The notes under the pieces were generated by a model. That model saw only the letters and a list, made by a program, of their open reading frames with translations, did not search any database and was not told the DNA's origin. Made by a program: the position numbers and the translations under genes. Of a DNA stretch of 64,000 nt, positions 26,591 to 40,378 are shown piece after piece. Origin of the DNA: Octopus vulgaris (Eukaryota); NCBI GenBank assembly GCA_951406725.2, contig OX597820.1, positions 22,258,001 to 22,322,000 of the forward strand. Reading direction: 5' to 3'. Each line of letters starts with the position of its first letter. The first letter of the stretch is position 1.

Positions 26591-27742
26591 GGCTTTAGTC
26601 AACTGTCTGCTGTAGAAGGACACTTGCCCAATGTGTAATGCACCAGAACTGAACCCAAGACTTCGTGGCTGGAAAGCTAGCATCTTAACCATACAACCAC
26701 GTCTGCACCTGTATATCTGCTCGATAAAGGGTGAACCTGGGGTTAAACAAAAATCAGTAACTAAGTATGTGTATGCAAGTGTTTGTGTGTATGATCCATG
26801 GACGTTTCAAAGAATGCCAGAGAGAGAATTTGTCATATTTCTCATATGAAGTTTACAAATGGCTACTTCCTCACTTCACTTAAATTTCAGTCTGTATATT
26901 GTATTTGTTGTTAATTTAAATGCTACAAATGTGAAATAGGTTTAATTTTGGAATGTTGTTAAATGGTATATTTTTATATACAGTACATTTACTGTTGTTT
27001 TTAAAGTGTTGCTTTATTTTCAAACAGTATTTATTTCATTGCTTGAACTGGGTGAATATGTTTCAATTTTGTTTGCAATTATACAAGTTAGAAAAAAAAA
27101 AAGTCACTTGATTAGGCTGTCTGCACAATTAGTTGATTAAAAAATTCCATAATGAGTGCTTATAAATCATCGTCATTTAACGTCAACTTTCCCATGCATT
27201 TATGGGTCGGGCAGAGTTTATTTGAGAGAGATTTTTCTATGGTCAGATGCCCTTCCTGTTGTCAACCCTCTCTTCTTCCAAATAAGGTAATATTTCCCTC
27301 ATGGCCAGACATGCTCTTGCAGAACACTGTAAATGAAAGACACTGCTTGTATACCAGTGACACTCCTTTACAACTATCACACCATGTCAAGACGAGGAGA
27401 CACAAACATACACTCACATCCACACACATATACATATTTACATACACACACTCTTATACACACATATGGGCTTCTTTCAGCTTCCAGTTACCAATTGCAC
27501 TCACAAGGGTTTGATCAACCCAGATAAGTGTTGGAGATACTTGCTGAAGGAAGGTGCCACAAATTGGGACTGAATCCAGAACCATATTGTTGGGAAGCAA
27601 ACTTTTTACCACAGCCATGCCTGCACCTTTAAAAAAAAATCTTAAGAAAACTAGCGAGGGAGATAACTCCAGTAAGCTCAATTAATTGAAATTTTTGGAT
27701 AATATAGAAAATGCAAGGAATGCCAACACAAAGTTCAGTTTT

Positions 27743-28032
27743 TGTCGCAGTGTAGTAGCTTGTGTACCTCGTGACCCCGAGAGCTATGCTAGCAAAGTGC
27801 AAGCTCCTCATAGGGCCTTCCATATAAGACAGGTCAAAGGGTAGAGGCTAGACTAATATGGACCATCTCTTCCAAGAAGCAAAGATGGGTTTGTATAGGG
27901 CCAACACCTCTGCCTCAAAGAAAAGAAGCAAAGTTACAAAAGCATTGATGACAATTCCAAAGCAGGGTCAAAAACAGCAGAAAAAAAGTTGTCAATGGCC
28001 TTTGCTCCATACGGAATGGTGTAAGTAAGTAA
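27743..28032 (+). mobile_element. Internally deleted (bipartite) RTE derivative
   Basis: 5' part (gaccccgagagctatgct...gctcctcatagggccttcc...caggtc) resembles RTE 5' UTRs as I recall them. 3' end encodes VVNGLCSIRN and ends in (gtaa)n. Confidence 0.55.
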
Positions 28033-28853
28033 TGTGTGAGAGAATTTGGTCCTTAAAACTAGATGGTGGAAACAATGGGTATGTTTCAATCTTATTAGAT
28101 CTCTTCAGGAAAATATTCTACTTAATCAGCAAACTAAGAGTGTTCAGGATTATATTCTTTGTATTGACATTGCATGATGGCTGTAAATGAGTGTCAGTTC
28201 TTATAAGCGGTGTCATTCCTTTCCAATCTTCTGTGAAAACATCTGGTCATAAGGAAAATATTACTTTGCTTGGAATCAAATGATGGTTGGTGACAGGAAG
28301 AACATCCCACCTTTGAAAATCTATATCAACAGATTACATCTGACAGACACAAGCATGGAAAAGTGTATGATGTGATGGTGGTGGTGGTATTTAGGTAGAC
28401 CTTGGCATGAAGCCATATACTTGTAGTAAGGGTACAAGGCACCAAATCAAATACATAATTTCAATGGTAATTATTATATTGATCCTAAAGGCAACAAGCC
28501 AGCAAAGTTGTTAGCACATTCTGAGTTCAAATTCCATCGAGGTTGACTTTGCCTTTCATCCTTCTGGGGTCAATAAAATAAGTACCAGTTGAGCACTGGG
28601 GTCAACATAATCAATTCACCCACTTCCTGAAATTGCCAGCTTATACTAATAATATATATTAAAGGCATATATATGGAATGGTTCAAGCAATAACTGAAAT
28701 ATTTAAAATTACAATCCATAGATGTAAATATTTTCTGTATACTTTCATTCTATTTATGGTATGTTTAACAAAGCCCAAACCTTGATAGTATTTTGTTATT
28801 GTTCAAGAATGTAACTTCATACACAGTTACATATGCACATAGCCACATACACA

Positions 28854-28904
<51 letters not shown>

Positions 28905-28976
28905 ACACACACACACACACGTATGTGCGTGTGTAATATCATCATCATCATATATATATTTATATATATACATACA

Positions 28977-30205
28977 CAGGGTGCGAAGGTATTTGAGGAC
29001 ATACTTTTTTGGGGTCATTGCTGTATATTTTGCTAACTTTGTATAATCTTTGTTTCAGAAAATAATAATGGCAGACCCTCAACTTACTCAAGAAATGAAG
29101 AGGCATGCTGTTATTTTGGTTATAAAGGCAGAGCATAGCACTTTAGAAATATCTTGAGTTTTAAAAGTTGCCAGATCTTTTGTCTACAAACTTTGTAAGA
29201 AGCTAGAGACTGAAGATGGAAACGTATCACCAGTATCAAAGCATAAAATGCATTCTAAATGCTCTGAAATTATCAGAACACCTGAATTTATCCAGCAAGT
29301 TCAACAGACCATTGATTACAATACCAGAAAATCCATGAGGTCAATTGCAAAATATCTCCATGTGTCAGAAGGAACAGTCAGAAATGTTATCCACAAAGAC
29401 ATCAGATATAAGTGTTATATGATGAGGAAAGGTCAGTTTGTCAGAAAAAGCAAAAGAAAATCAATACATCAGATCTAAAAGGCTCTTAAACAAACTGAAA
29501 AATCCAGCAGAAGAAGATTTGATTTCGTTTTCAAACGAGAAAAGATCAAAAAGTTAACAGAAGAAATGACAGATGGTTATGTGCAGACCCTTCTGAAGTT
29601 CCAAGTTTTATGCATACAAAATTTCCTGCAACTGTTCATGGTTTTAGGTTGTCAGCAATGAAGGACATATGATGCCTCCTTACTTCTTTCCACAAGGTTT
29701 TAGAGTTAACTCTGCTGCCTACATTGAGGTCCTGGAAATTGTTAAGCCCTGGATAGACAGTGTATGCGATGGAAGGCCATATGTGTTTCAGTAAGACTCT
29801 GCTCTCTCACACATGGTTCTAGTTACACAGGAATGGATGGCTGAAAATTTTCGTGATTACATAACCCCTAACATTTGGCTTCCTAATTCTCCAGATCTCA
29901 ATCCATTGGACTACTACATGTGGAGCATTGTTGATAGAGAGGTCATTGAACATGCCCATAACACCAACGATTCTTTGAAAGCTGCTATAATGAGAGTAAT
30001 GTCCAAAATGAACCAGAACCACTTGATCCAAGCATGTAGATGATTTAGATCTCATACAGAAGCAGTTGTTGAAGCTGAATGTAAAAAATAAGGTTTCTTT
30101 TTATCCTCATAGCATTTTTTGATAAATAAAGTTATTATCTGTTATTAATTATATATCTGTTTTTTTATAAACATAAATCTGTCCTCAGATATCTTACACA
30201 TCCTG
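28977..30205 (+). mobile_element. Tc1/mariner-superfamily DD37D (maT) transposon, full length but decayed
   Basis: Imperfect ~26-bp TIRs cagggtgcgaaggtatttgaggaca / tgtcctcagatatcttacacatcctg-TA around a transposase pseudogene. Confidence 0.9.
29068..30085 (+). pseudogene. DD37D transposase pseudogene
   Basis: Starts MADPQLTQEMKRHAV. HTH-like KSMRSIAKYLHVSEGTVRNVIHKDI. Catalytic segment Q*DSALSH...WLPNSPDLNPLDY has 37 residues between the two Asp. Stops and frameshifts present. Confidence 0.9.
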
Positions 30206-30235
30206 TATATATATATAGATATACATGTATGTATG

Positions 30236-30279
<44 letters not shown>

Positions 30280-30779
30280 TATTCTGCATAAAATCAGAAA
30301 CCGGAATAAGTGAAAATTTTGTCAATATAATTATAAGGTAGAAAGAAAAACGAATATTAGTGCCATTGCTAATTTTTTTTTACATCATGAGTTTATACGG
30401 CCCAATGTTAGACTGTTTTGTATAGTCAATATATACAGTCAAACCTTATGATTATAGTTACAATATATAAATAGATAGATACATTGTCCAGTGTTCAATC
30501 CCAACACGTGCTATTTTCAGGATGTTGACGACAAAATATGCAGTTTCACAAAATGACAGCTTCCAAATCCTGTTTCCTGACTGAGTGAAAATGATTAAAC
30601 TTTAAACCTCTATAATTTTTTTTAAAACATTTTTCTGGAAAAAATGAAATAAATCCAGCAATTCAGTTTGGGAAAGTGCCAAATTTTAAAATTTTCAGTA
30701 AACTTTAATTTTTGAAATGCCAGCAGCCAAACCAATTAGATCCAAAAATTAATATATTATACTACAGTCTCCTTTATTT

Positions 30780-31215
30780 TTCTGCCTTTAACCCTCCAAT
30801 GCGGAGTATAGTCCACTTATAATTGAATTCCATGTCGCATAATTTTTCGCTTCTGTATTTATAGTCTGCCGCCATAAATGTCCCCCTTTCTCTAGTTCCT
30901 TTTGTGTTGATCTACGCCACAAGTTCTTAGGCCTACCTTTCTTTCTATATCCATCCGGATTCCAATGTAAAGCACTTTTCTCTACATTTGGTGTGTCTTT
31001 TCTAATTGTGCTACCAATCCACTTCCACATTTTCTTAAATATTTGCTCCCTAATCGAAACTTGATTTGTTCTTTGCCATAGCTCCACATTGCTTATGTGT
31101 TCGGGCCATCTAATTTTAAGTATACTACGCAAGCATCTGTTGATGAATGATTGTATTTGCTTATTTGACTTAACTGTTGTTCGCCATGTCTCAGCCCAAT
31201 ACAATAACACCGCTT
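30780..31215 (-). mobile_element. RTE-clade LINE, 3' ORF fragment
   Basis: LLY.AETW...RCLRSILKIRWPEHISNVELWQRT...WKWIG...WNPDGYRKKGRPK..W is the RTE post-RT domain. Confidence 0.9.
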
Positions 31216-31219
31216 TTAC

Positions 31220-31730
31220 ATCATCATCATCGTTTAACGTCTGCTTTCCATTCTAGCATGGGTTGGACAATTTTGACTGAGGGCTGGCGAATCAGATGGC
31301 TGCATCAGGCTCCAATCTTGATCTCACAGAGTTTCTACAGCTGGGTGCCCTTCCTAATGCCAACCACTCCGAGAGTGTAGTGGGTGCTTTTACATGCCAC
31401 TGGCATGGGGGGGGGGGGGACAGTCAGGTGGTACTGGCAACAACCTCGCTCAAATTTTTCTACACATGCCACCGGCACAGGTGCCAGTAAGGTGACGCTG
31501 TTAACGATTACGCTCAAATGGTGCCTTTTACGTGCCACCAGCACGGAAGCCAGTTAGCCGCTCTGGCAACGATCATGCTCGGATGGTGCTCTTAGCACCC
31601 TACTAGCACTGGCACGGGTGCCAGTAAGGCGACGCTGGTAACGATCACACTCGAATGGTGCCTTTCATGTGCCACTGGCACGGAAGCCAATTAAGCCGCT
31701 CTGTCAATGATCTCACTCGTATGGTACTCT
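31220..31730 (-). mobile_element. RTE 3' UTR (family C) with ~5-6 tandem modules
   Basis: Repeated ggtgc(c)ttttacgtgccacc.gcacg..gccagt units. Confidence 0.85.
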
Positions 31731-32117
31731 TACTTTAGTGTTAAAAATCATTTTTATGCTAGTTTATGCTAGTTCATAGATGTGAACATCAAAACAGTGG
31801 TGGTGATGGTTGTGGTGGTAACAGCAGCTCAGTCCTAAAACCACATCTGATGTCACCTAAATCACATTATCTTACTAGTTTTTGACCTAGTATTTTACTT
31901 AGATTATTTCATGTTAAAACCATGTTTATTCATTACTTTGTTTACTCAATGGTGGTGGTGGTGGTGGTAGAGGTGGTAGCAATAGCAGTGCTGCACTTGA
32001 TGAAAAATGGTGGCAGTTTGAAATTCCTCTCAGCCAAGCTAAATGGTTATTAATACTTACAAAATCAAAACACGGCTCCAACCGCTTACAGCAAGCGAGC
32101 TGTATCTATCTTTCTGC

Positions 32118-32348
32118 CAGCGGCGAGCTGGCAGAAACGTTAGCACGCCGGGCGAAATGCTTAGCGGTATTTCGTCTGCGTTACGTTGTGAGTTCAAATT
32201 CCGCCGAGGTCGACTTTGCCTTTCATCCTTTGGGGGTCGATAAATTAAGTACCAGTTACGCACTGGGGTCGATGTAATCGACTTAATACCTATGTCTGTC
32301 CTTGTTTGTCCCCTCTGTGTTTAGCCCCTTGTGGGTAATAAAGAAATA
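32118..32348 (+). mobile_element. SINE family B with 15-bp TSD
   Basis: TSD tgtatctatctttct at 32101-32115 and 32349-32363. Confidence 0.95.
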
Positions 32349-32609
32349 TGTATCTATCTTTCTATAGCCTAGTAGCATTATTTAATATTTACAGCTTAAC
32401 TGGACTGAGTCAGCAAGATTAATGTTTGTGGACCAAGCAGTAGTAACAAAATACAAACTCCACTACAACCACCACCACCTCCTCCACCATACCACTTCCT
32501 CCACCACCACCACCACCACCTTCCAACTGATAATCAGAGACACCCTATCAAACAAACCAGCTGTGACTCTCTTTATATTAGTTGAAAGGAGCTCAAACAT
32601 ATGTGATCT

Positions 32610-32816
32610 TTTACTCTTTTACTTGTTTCAGTCATTTGACTGCGGCCATGCTGGAGCACCGCCTTTAGTCGAGCAAATCGACCCCAGGACTTATTCTTTT
32701 TGTAAGCACAGTACTTATTCTATCGGTCTCTTTTGCCGAATCGCTAAGTGACGGGGACGTAAACACACCAGCATCGGTTGTCAAGCAATGCTAGGGGGAC
32801 AAACACAGACACATAA

Positions 32817-32853
<37 letters not shown>

Positions 32854-33025
32854 CATATATACGAGGGGCTTCTTTCAGTTTCCGTCTACCAAATCCACTC
32901 ACAAGGCTTTGGTTGGCCCGAGGCTATAGTAGAAGACACTTGCCCAAGATGCCACGCAGTGGGACTGAACTCGGAACCATGTGGTTGGTAAGCAAGCTAC
33001 TTACCACATAGCCACTCCGGCGCCT
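32610..33025 (-). mobile_element. SINE family A, full length
   Basis: Reverse complement of family A. Flanked by tatgtgatctttta on both sides (TSD). Confidence 0.9.
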
Positions 33026-33267
33026 ATGTGATCTTTTAGAATCCTCCCTGTTGGTGCTCTACCACCACTGTATTCTTTGTGTATACAAGAAGCTGGTTAA
33101 ATTTACCAAGTCTGAAACAGGAAAGCAATTGAATATTCAAGTGTTTCCTCTCCATCTCATCATCTCACTGGATGTGGTGCACATATCTTAGAATGATCTA
33201 AGCACAAAGTAAGAGACATTGTAATGACCACAAGTGACATACATATATATATATATGTATATATATC

Positions 33268-33437
33268 CTTTTACTCTTTTACTTGTTTCAGTCATTTCAC
33301 TGTGGCCATGCTGGAGCACTGCCTTTAGTTGAGCAAATCGCCCCCAGGACTTATTCTTTGTAAGCCTAGTACTTATTCTATCGGTCTCTTTTGCTAAGTT
33401 ACGGGGACGTAAACACACCAGGGGGGGACAAACACAT

Positions 33438-33472
<35 letters not shown>

Positions 33473-33646
33473 CACATATATACGACAGGCTTCTTTCAGT
33501 TTCCGTCCACCAAATCCACTCACAAGGCTTTGTTCAGCCCGAGGCTATAGTAGAAGACACTTGCCCAAGGTGCCACACAGTGGGACTGAACCTGGAACCA
33601 TGTGGTTGGTAAGCAAGCCACTTACCACACAGCCACTCCTACGCCT
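33268..33646 (-). mobile_element. SINE family A
   Basis: Reverse complement of family A with small internal deletions. Confidence 0.9.
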
Positions 33647-34126
33647 ATATATATATATATATATATATAATTTATATATCTTGTGTGTACATGTCTGACT
33701 ACTTCTGTACAAGTTCATGTTCTACATTAATCATTATCCGGTCTATAATACAATGCAGTATAGTGTTCCCCTGAGGACCATTGCGGTTAGGAAACCAAAT
33801 GCACTTAGGACACCGAATGCTAAGTTCCAAATAACTGCAATGGTAAACTCTGTGTCAGAACTCTATATTTATACTAGTGTTTATTCTAATTTCCACTATG
33901 TGTGTGTGTGTCAATAAAGTGCTTATTGCCTATATTTCCCTCCTTTCTGTTAGGAGGCACAAGCACTTACACCCACAATGGTAACTTCTGCCTACTAAAT
34001 CCACTCACAAGGCTTTGGTCGGCCTGAGGCTATAGCAGAAGACACTTGTCCAAGGTACTGTACAGTGGGACTGAACCCAAACCATGTGGTTGAGAAGCAA
34101 GCATTCTAACCACTCAGCCAAGACTA

Positions 34127-34163
<37 letters not shown>

Positions 34164-34969
34164 TGTATGTATGTATTTATATATGTATGTATGGAGAGAC
34201 AGATACATACACGTATATGTGTATATACCCACACATACACACTCAAATGCTATTTGGACCAATCATTTCCGTTCCACTCTAAAAACAGCTGCATATTCTT
34301 TACGTATTTATATTAACCATCATTCCACCACCTAACACTGTAATGTGACCTTAACCAGAAAATAAAACTCCTGTTGCTCTGGCAGAGATTAAACCTTATC
34401 TATTTTCCACAAAGCTTTGGATAGTGTTTGTTAGATAAAGAATTGGATAGAATCTTTAGAAGAGCTCAGCTTCTCTTATCTTGCTCATTTACAAAGCTAT
34501 CATATGCGTAGTTTCTATTCAGTATAGATAACATCCGAGACAGAAATTTATTTATTTGTCTATTTATTCTATTCAAATGGTTTCAGGTTCTGTTTCACTC
34601 CATCAGAAAGGACAAGTACTTGCTACTGTAGCACCAGGCTGACCAAAGCCTTGTAAGTGGATTTGGTAGACAGAAACTGAAAGAAGCGCATGTGGGTTCT
34701 TCCTTCCTTCTCTTGACATCATATGATAGTTGCAAATAAATGTCTCCATAGTACAGACTGTCATTCATTTCCAATCTTTCGCACAAAATATGTCTTGCCA
34801 TGAGAAATATTAGCTTCCTTAGAAGCAGATGAGTGTTAGCGACAGGAAATGCATCCATTCGTGGAAAATCTGTTTCAATGAACTCTGTCTCCCATACAAG
34901 CTTGGAAAAGTGACCATTAAATGATGATATTTTTAGGCCAGCTAACAGAATCATTAAGATGTTGGACAA

Positions 34970-35345
34970 GTGCAGGAGTGGCTTTGTTGTAAGTAGCTTG
35001 CTTACCAACCACATGGTTCCGGGTTCAGTCCCACTGCGTGGCACCTTGGGCAAGTATCTTCTACTATAGCCTCAGGCCTACCAAAGCCTTGTGAGTGGAT
35101 TTGGTAGACGGAAACTGAAAGAAGCCTGTTGTATATATGTATGTGTTTGTCCCCCCAACATCGCTTGACAACTGATGCTGGTGTGTTTACGTCCCTGTAA
35201 CTTAGCAGTTCGGCAAAAGAGACCGATAGAATAAGTAGTAGGCTTACAAAGAATAAGTCCTAGGGTCGATTTGCTCGACTAAAGGCAGTGCTCCAGCATG
35301 GCCACAGTCAAATGACTGAAACAAGTAAAAGAGAAAAAAGAGAGT
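34970..35345 (+). mobile_element. SINE family A, full length
   Basis: Same head, body and tail as 26205-26590. Confidence 0.9.
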
Positions 35346-36832
35346 AAAGATGCTTAGCAGCATTTTGTCCATCTTTACATTCTGAGTTCAAACTCCACCA
35401 AGGGGCCAACTTTGCCTTTTATCCTTTCTAGGTCAGTAGAATAAGTACTTGTTGAGCACTGGGGTCAATGTAATTGGCTAGCCCCTCCTGCAGAATTTCA
35501 GTCCTAATGTAGAAAGGAATAGCATGTTCGGCAAAGAGCTTAGTGACATTTCACTCATCTTTATCTTCTGAGTTGAAATTCCGTCGAAGTTGACTTTGCA
35601 TTTCACCCTTTCCAGGCTCAATAAAATAAGTACCAGTTGCATACTGGGGTCAATATAATTGACTAATGATCTCCCCAAAATTTTTAGGCCTTGTACCTAT
35701 AACAGGAAGTAATATTATAATTTCTTCTAAGTAAGAAAATTCAATCTGAGAATGATTTAGATGAATTCTGTATGAATATGGCCCTTTCAAGACCAATATT
35801 TCTATTAAAATATTTTACTCCAATGCCAAACTTTTTGAAGAAAGACTTAATATTCTTAATAGAATTCACTGTGTTTATTTTATTGTCTTGACAAGAATAA
35901 TAAAAAAGGAAAATTAGATTGACCTTGGTAGGACTTCAACTCAGAACAAAGATGTCCAAAACTAAATACTAAATATGTATATGTTTGTATGTCTGTGTTT
36001 GTCCCCCCAACATCGCTTGACAACCGATGCTGGCATGTTTACATCCCCCATAACTTAGCGGTTCGGCAAAAGAGACCAATAGAATAAATACTAGGCTTAC
36101 AAAGAATATGTCCTGGGGTCGATTTGCTCGACTAAAGGCGGTGCTCCAGCATGGCCACAGTCAAATGACTGAAACATGTAAAAGAGTAAATATTTTATCT
36201 GACATGCTCAGAAATATCAATGCCTTTTAAGTTTCTCCTTTTAATGTTTCGTTTTTTAGATTTCTAGTTTTTTTTTCGTGATTTTATTTTATTTATTTCT
36301 TCACCCACCCTGCTTCTTATCAGACATCTAAGAGAGTATCCATCCATAATAGTCGCTGCTCTATAAGAACATTCTTGCTCTATAAGATGCCAGCCAGACG
36401 TGGCGCCTATATTTTTAATCTGAATCACTCCAGTCCACTGAAGTAACAAAATTTTGTTCAAAGTGTTTATATAGACTTGATTGTGCGAACATTTCACAAT
36501 GCTCTATGAAAATGAAATTGCTTACTATGTACTTTATGAAATGTAGGTTAGTTTCATCATCATCATCATTGTGTTTGCCCTCATTATCGTTTTGATGGCT
36601 AGTTTTCTATACATTCTTTGTGGTAGATAGCCTACAGTGACAGGGTGTTCTGTTGCTTAACCTCACCTTTTTTTTGTAAGTAACTTAATGTTTACTGACT
36701 GTCATGTTTTGAATTAGTCTTATATACTCCAGTGTATGTGTATATATATAGACATATGATGAAAAGACTTCGCCAGGTGGTGCTATTAAGTTAGACAAAG
36801 CCTGTGCCGATACTGGCTGAAACCTATCAAAG

Positions 36833-36867
<35 letters not shown>

Positions 36868-37584
36868 TCTATAGCGGTTCAGCAAATTAAACTGATAAAA
36901 TAAGTAGCAGGCTTTCAAGGGGGAAAAAAAAAGGTAGTGGGGTGAATTCCTTCAATGAGAATTCTTCAAGGCTGTGCCCCAGCATGGCCACAGTCTAATG
37001 ACTTGAATGAGTAAAAGATGAAAGAGATAGATGATGCTTTTATATATATATATATATATTTATATGTATATATAAAATGTAATATACACTTACAATCATA
37101 TGACAAACTTTTTCTTCAGTTTCTATCTACCAATTTCACTCACAAGACTATATAGCAGAAAACAGTTGCTCGAGGTACTGCATGGTTGAACTGAACCTGA
37201 AACCAAGTGGTTACTTATATACTTTGTGTTTACAAGTCACCTCACAAAAGAATTGTTCCTTGTTGCATTTCACAAGATTAAATTATATGGTGTCATAATG
37301 AATGGTATGATGAAAGCTATTGTGTGTCATACGCCTGTAATTATACACCTAGGTACAGGTGTTTTACACAATAGACATTGTGTAGAGTTCTATTACTGCC
37401 ACTTAGCAAACCTTGTGCTGAGTCTGTTATTTTGATTTTCATTTTATGCTATGTCTGCTAAACACTCAGAAGTAACACTCAACATGGGACATCATTAGCC
37501 CTTTTGTTACCAACCTGCCTGAATCCACCGCTGGTTCTATGATGCAAACTTAATGTTTTAAAGCAGTAATACTCAACATGGGAC

Positions 37585-37887
37585 TTGTTGTTCCTTCTTG
37601 AGCCATGCCTGGCTCATAAGGGCTGGTTTCCCAGTTTCTTGGCGTATAGGTTCCTCACCTGGACGGGACACCGGTCCATCGCAGGTGAGCTGCAAGATGC
37701 AGGAGGAAAGAGTAAGAGAAAGTTGTGGCGAAAGAGTCAGCAGAAGTTTCGCCATTACCTTCTGTCGGAGCCGCGTGGAGCTTAGGTGTTTCGCTCATAA
37801 ACACACACATCATCCGCTCTGGGATTCGAACCCGCGATCCCTCGACCGCGAGTTCGCTGCTCTAACCACTAGGCCATGTGCCTCCAC
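37585..37887 (-). mobile_element. tRNA-derived SINE family E with 11-bp TSD
   Basis: Minus-strand A box tggcctagtggttagagc and B box gggttcgaatccc. TSD caacatgggac at 37574-37584 and 37888-37898. Confidence 0.9.
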
Positions 37888-38014
37888 CAACATGGGACAT
37901 CATTGCCTATGGACCTTTTTTATTCCTACTTTACCGTAACCATTTGATGTATGTAAAAAAAAATCCTACTATATTTTTATAATCAAATATTAGGAATTGT
38001 ATAAAAACAAAATT

Positions 38015-38480
38015 AAGAGCGTAGGCAAGAAAGATATGCCATAATATACATCTGGAAGATCCTGGAAGGACTTGTCCCAAACTTTGGCATCGAGAGTTAC
38101 ACAAATACTAGAACTGGGTGCCACTGCATAGTACCAAGGACTTCAAATTTGCCATCAAGATGTAGGACAAGATACTGCAATAGCCTGGGCTTCCGAGGCC
38201 CACAGCTCTTCAATATCCTCCCGAAGAACCTAAGAGACCTGCGTGGGGTGGATGCAGATGTCTTTAAAATGAAACTGGATCTCTTCTTGTCAGGTGTCCC
38301 AGATGAACCAACTTCGCGACAGGAGGTGCAGATGAGGGCAGCTGCATCAAACTCTCTCATGCACCAAATGTCAATTGCTAGAAAACATTCATGAAGTAAA
38401 ATTATGTAGCAACACCAAATGGCGGTGCCCCAGCATGGCCACAGCTCATGAGCTGAAACTAGATGAAATAAAAAAAAAAG
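38015..38480 (+). mobile_element. CR1-group LINE 3' end (same family as 12221-13047)
   Basis: NSLGFRGPQLFNILPKNLRDL....FKMKLDLFLSGVPDEP, then a 3' UTR with hairpin and A-rich tail. Confidence 0.9.
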
Positions 38481-39474
38481 GATATTTTGTGCATTATAGA
38501 AATATAAGCAATTTATTGCACATAGATTTTATCAACAAAATCTTACATGGACCCCCAAGGGCCATAAGGACTCTGGTTGATCATCATCATGAAAACCTTC
38601 CATCACCATTTTATGTGAGTTTATGTTCTCAACATCAGTGGTTAGAGCATTGGGCTCACAACCATGAGGTAGCAGGTTCAATTCCCAGACCACTTTGTGT
38701 GTTGTTCATTGTTCCAGTTCACTCAGCTGTAGAAATAAGTTGCTACGTCACTGGTGCCAAGCTGTATTAGCTTTTGCTTTTCCCTTGAATAACATATCGG
38801 TGGCATAGAGAGGGGAGGCCAGTATGTATGGGCAACTGCTGTTTTCCTTTAAAAAAACCACTTGATGACCCGTGTTGGTTTGCTTATGTCTCTGTAAACA
38901 AACCAACATTGTGGCTTTTCAGCAAAAATGAGCGATAGAGTAAGTACCATATAATAAGCAAGTGCCAAAAAAAATTAAATATTAAGGGTGGGAGGGGGGG
39001 GGTCGATTTGTTCAACTAAACCCTTCAAGGCGGTACCCCAGCATGGCCACAGTCCAATGACTGAAACAAGTAGGAAATAAAAGACATATACACTGTATCA
39101 TATTATTCAATATATTCGCAGTCTTGGCAAAGAGCTTGAAGCATGTTTCGTTGCCAATTGCTTGTAAATAATACTGCTCTATGAGAATGTTTCAGGAGTA
39201 TTGAAGTGTGTAACATTAATTCAAAGCATGGCAGTAAGATTCCTGAATTTTTGGCAGAGTACTCCATGTGTTCAGTGTCCAAATGTCAGTGTGTTTCTGT
39301 GCTGCACCATCAGCATCAATGATGCTTGTTTCTGCCAATAGAAGAGACAATTACACTGTAACTTCAAGCTGATGTCTGAGGAAAAACAATATCTCTTAGC
39401 ATAAGCTGAATCAATTAGTTTATGTTGTATTAGTAAATAATGCTAGGCACAAGTGTGGTATATATATATGTATA

Positions 39475-40328
39475 TAGTAATTCCTTGCCATATCGTGGTT
39501 CACTTATTATGCACTCGGTAAATCGTGGATTTTTCTGGCTTATATATGTAAATTTATATTGTGAACTCCTCAGTATATTGCAGGTTTCTGCGGCCAATAG
39601 ATATCTATACATTTTGGGCTGTGTGGTAAGTAGCTTGCTTACCAACCACATGGTTCCGGGTTCAGTCCCACTGCGTGGAACCTTGGGCAAGTATCTTCTA
39701 CTATAGCCTCGGGCCGACCAAAGCCTTGTGAGTGGATTTGGTAGACGGAAACTAAAAGAAGCCCATCATGTATATATATGTGTGTGTGTATATGGTTGTG
39801 TGTCTGTCCCCCCAACATTGCTTGACAACCAATGCTGGTGTGTTTACGTCCCTGTAACTTAGCGGTTTGGCAAAAGAGACCAATAGAATAAGTACTAGGC
39901 TTACAAAGAATAAGTCCTGGGGTCGATTTGCTCGTCTAAAGGCAGTGCTCCAGCATGGCCACAGTCAAATGTCTGAAATAAATAAAAGAGTAAAAAGAGC
40001 AATGAGTATAGATTTTAATTATTTCTGTGGTAAAATAAGCATTTTCATGCCTAAAAATTAATAGATTAATAAATAAAAATAGAGTACAGTACTGCAGTGT
40101 ATAACACATTAATTAAAGGATATGGAAAGAAAATACATAAAGTACTGTAGATGAGTAAACAAAAAATTGCACATATTGCATGGAATACAAAACTTGGGAA
40201 GTGAATATATACAAATTATAAAAATGACAAAAAACTATATTACAATACAGTACTGTTTCTACTTCACAGATTTTCACCTATTGTAGGGGTTTTGGAACGT
40301 AACACCCATGATAGTCGAGGGATTATGG
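39475..40328. mobile_element. Tigger/pogo-type MITE interrupted by a SINE A
   Basis: TA-tagtaattccttgccatatcgtgg ... cccatgatagtcgagggattatgg-TA, diverged TIRs. Confidence 0.55.
39617..40000 (+). mobile_element. SINE family A, full length
   Basis: Matches family A. Confidence 0.9.
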
Positions 40329-40335
40329 TACATAC

Positions 40336-40378
<43 letters not shown>

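Noticed and set aside
31380-31730. Repeat-spacer-like periodicity resembling a CRISPR array
   Set aside because: The 'spacers' are homologous to each other, the context is a eukaryotic RTE 3' UTR, and there are no cas genes.
33763-33813. CTGAGGA...GAAAC with partial stem I (gtgttc / ggacac)
   Set aside because: Stems II and III are too poor to support a ribozyme call.
37805-37887. tRNA-like sequence with A and B boxes
   Set aside because: It is the head of a SINE (body, tail and TSD present), not a stand-alone tRNA gene. The same applies near 5105 and 38635.
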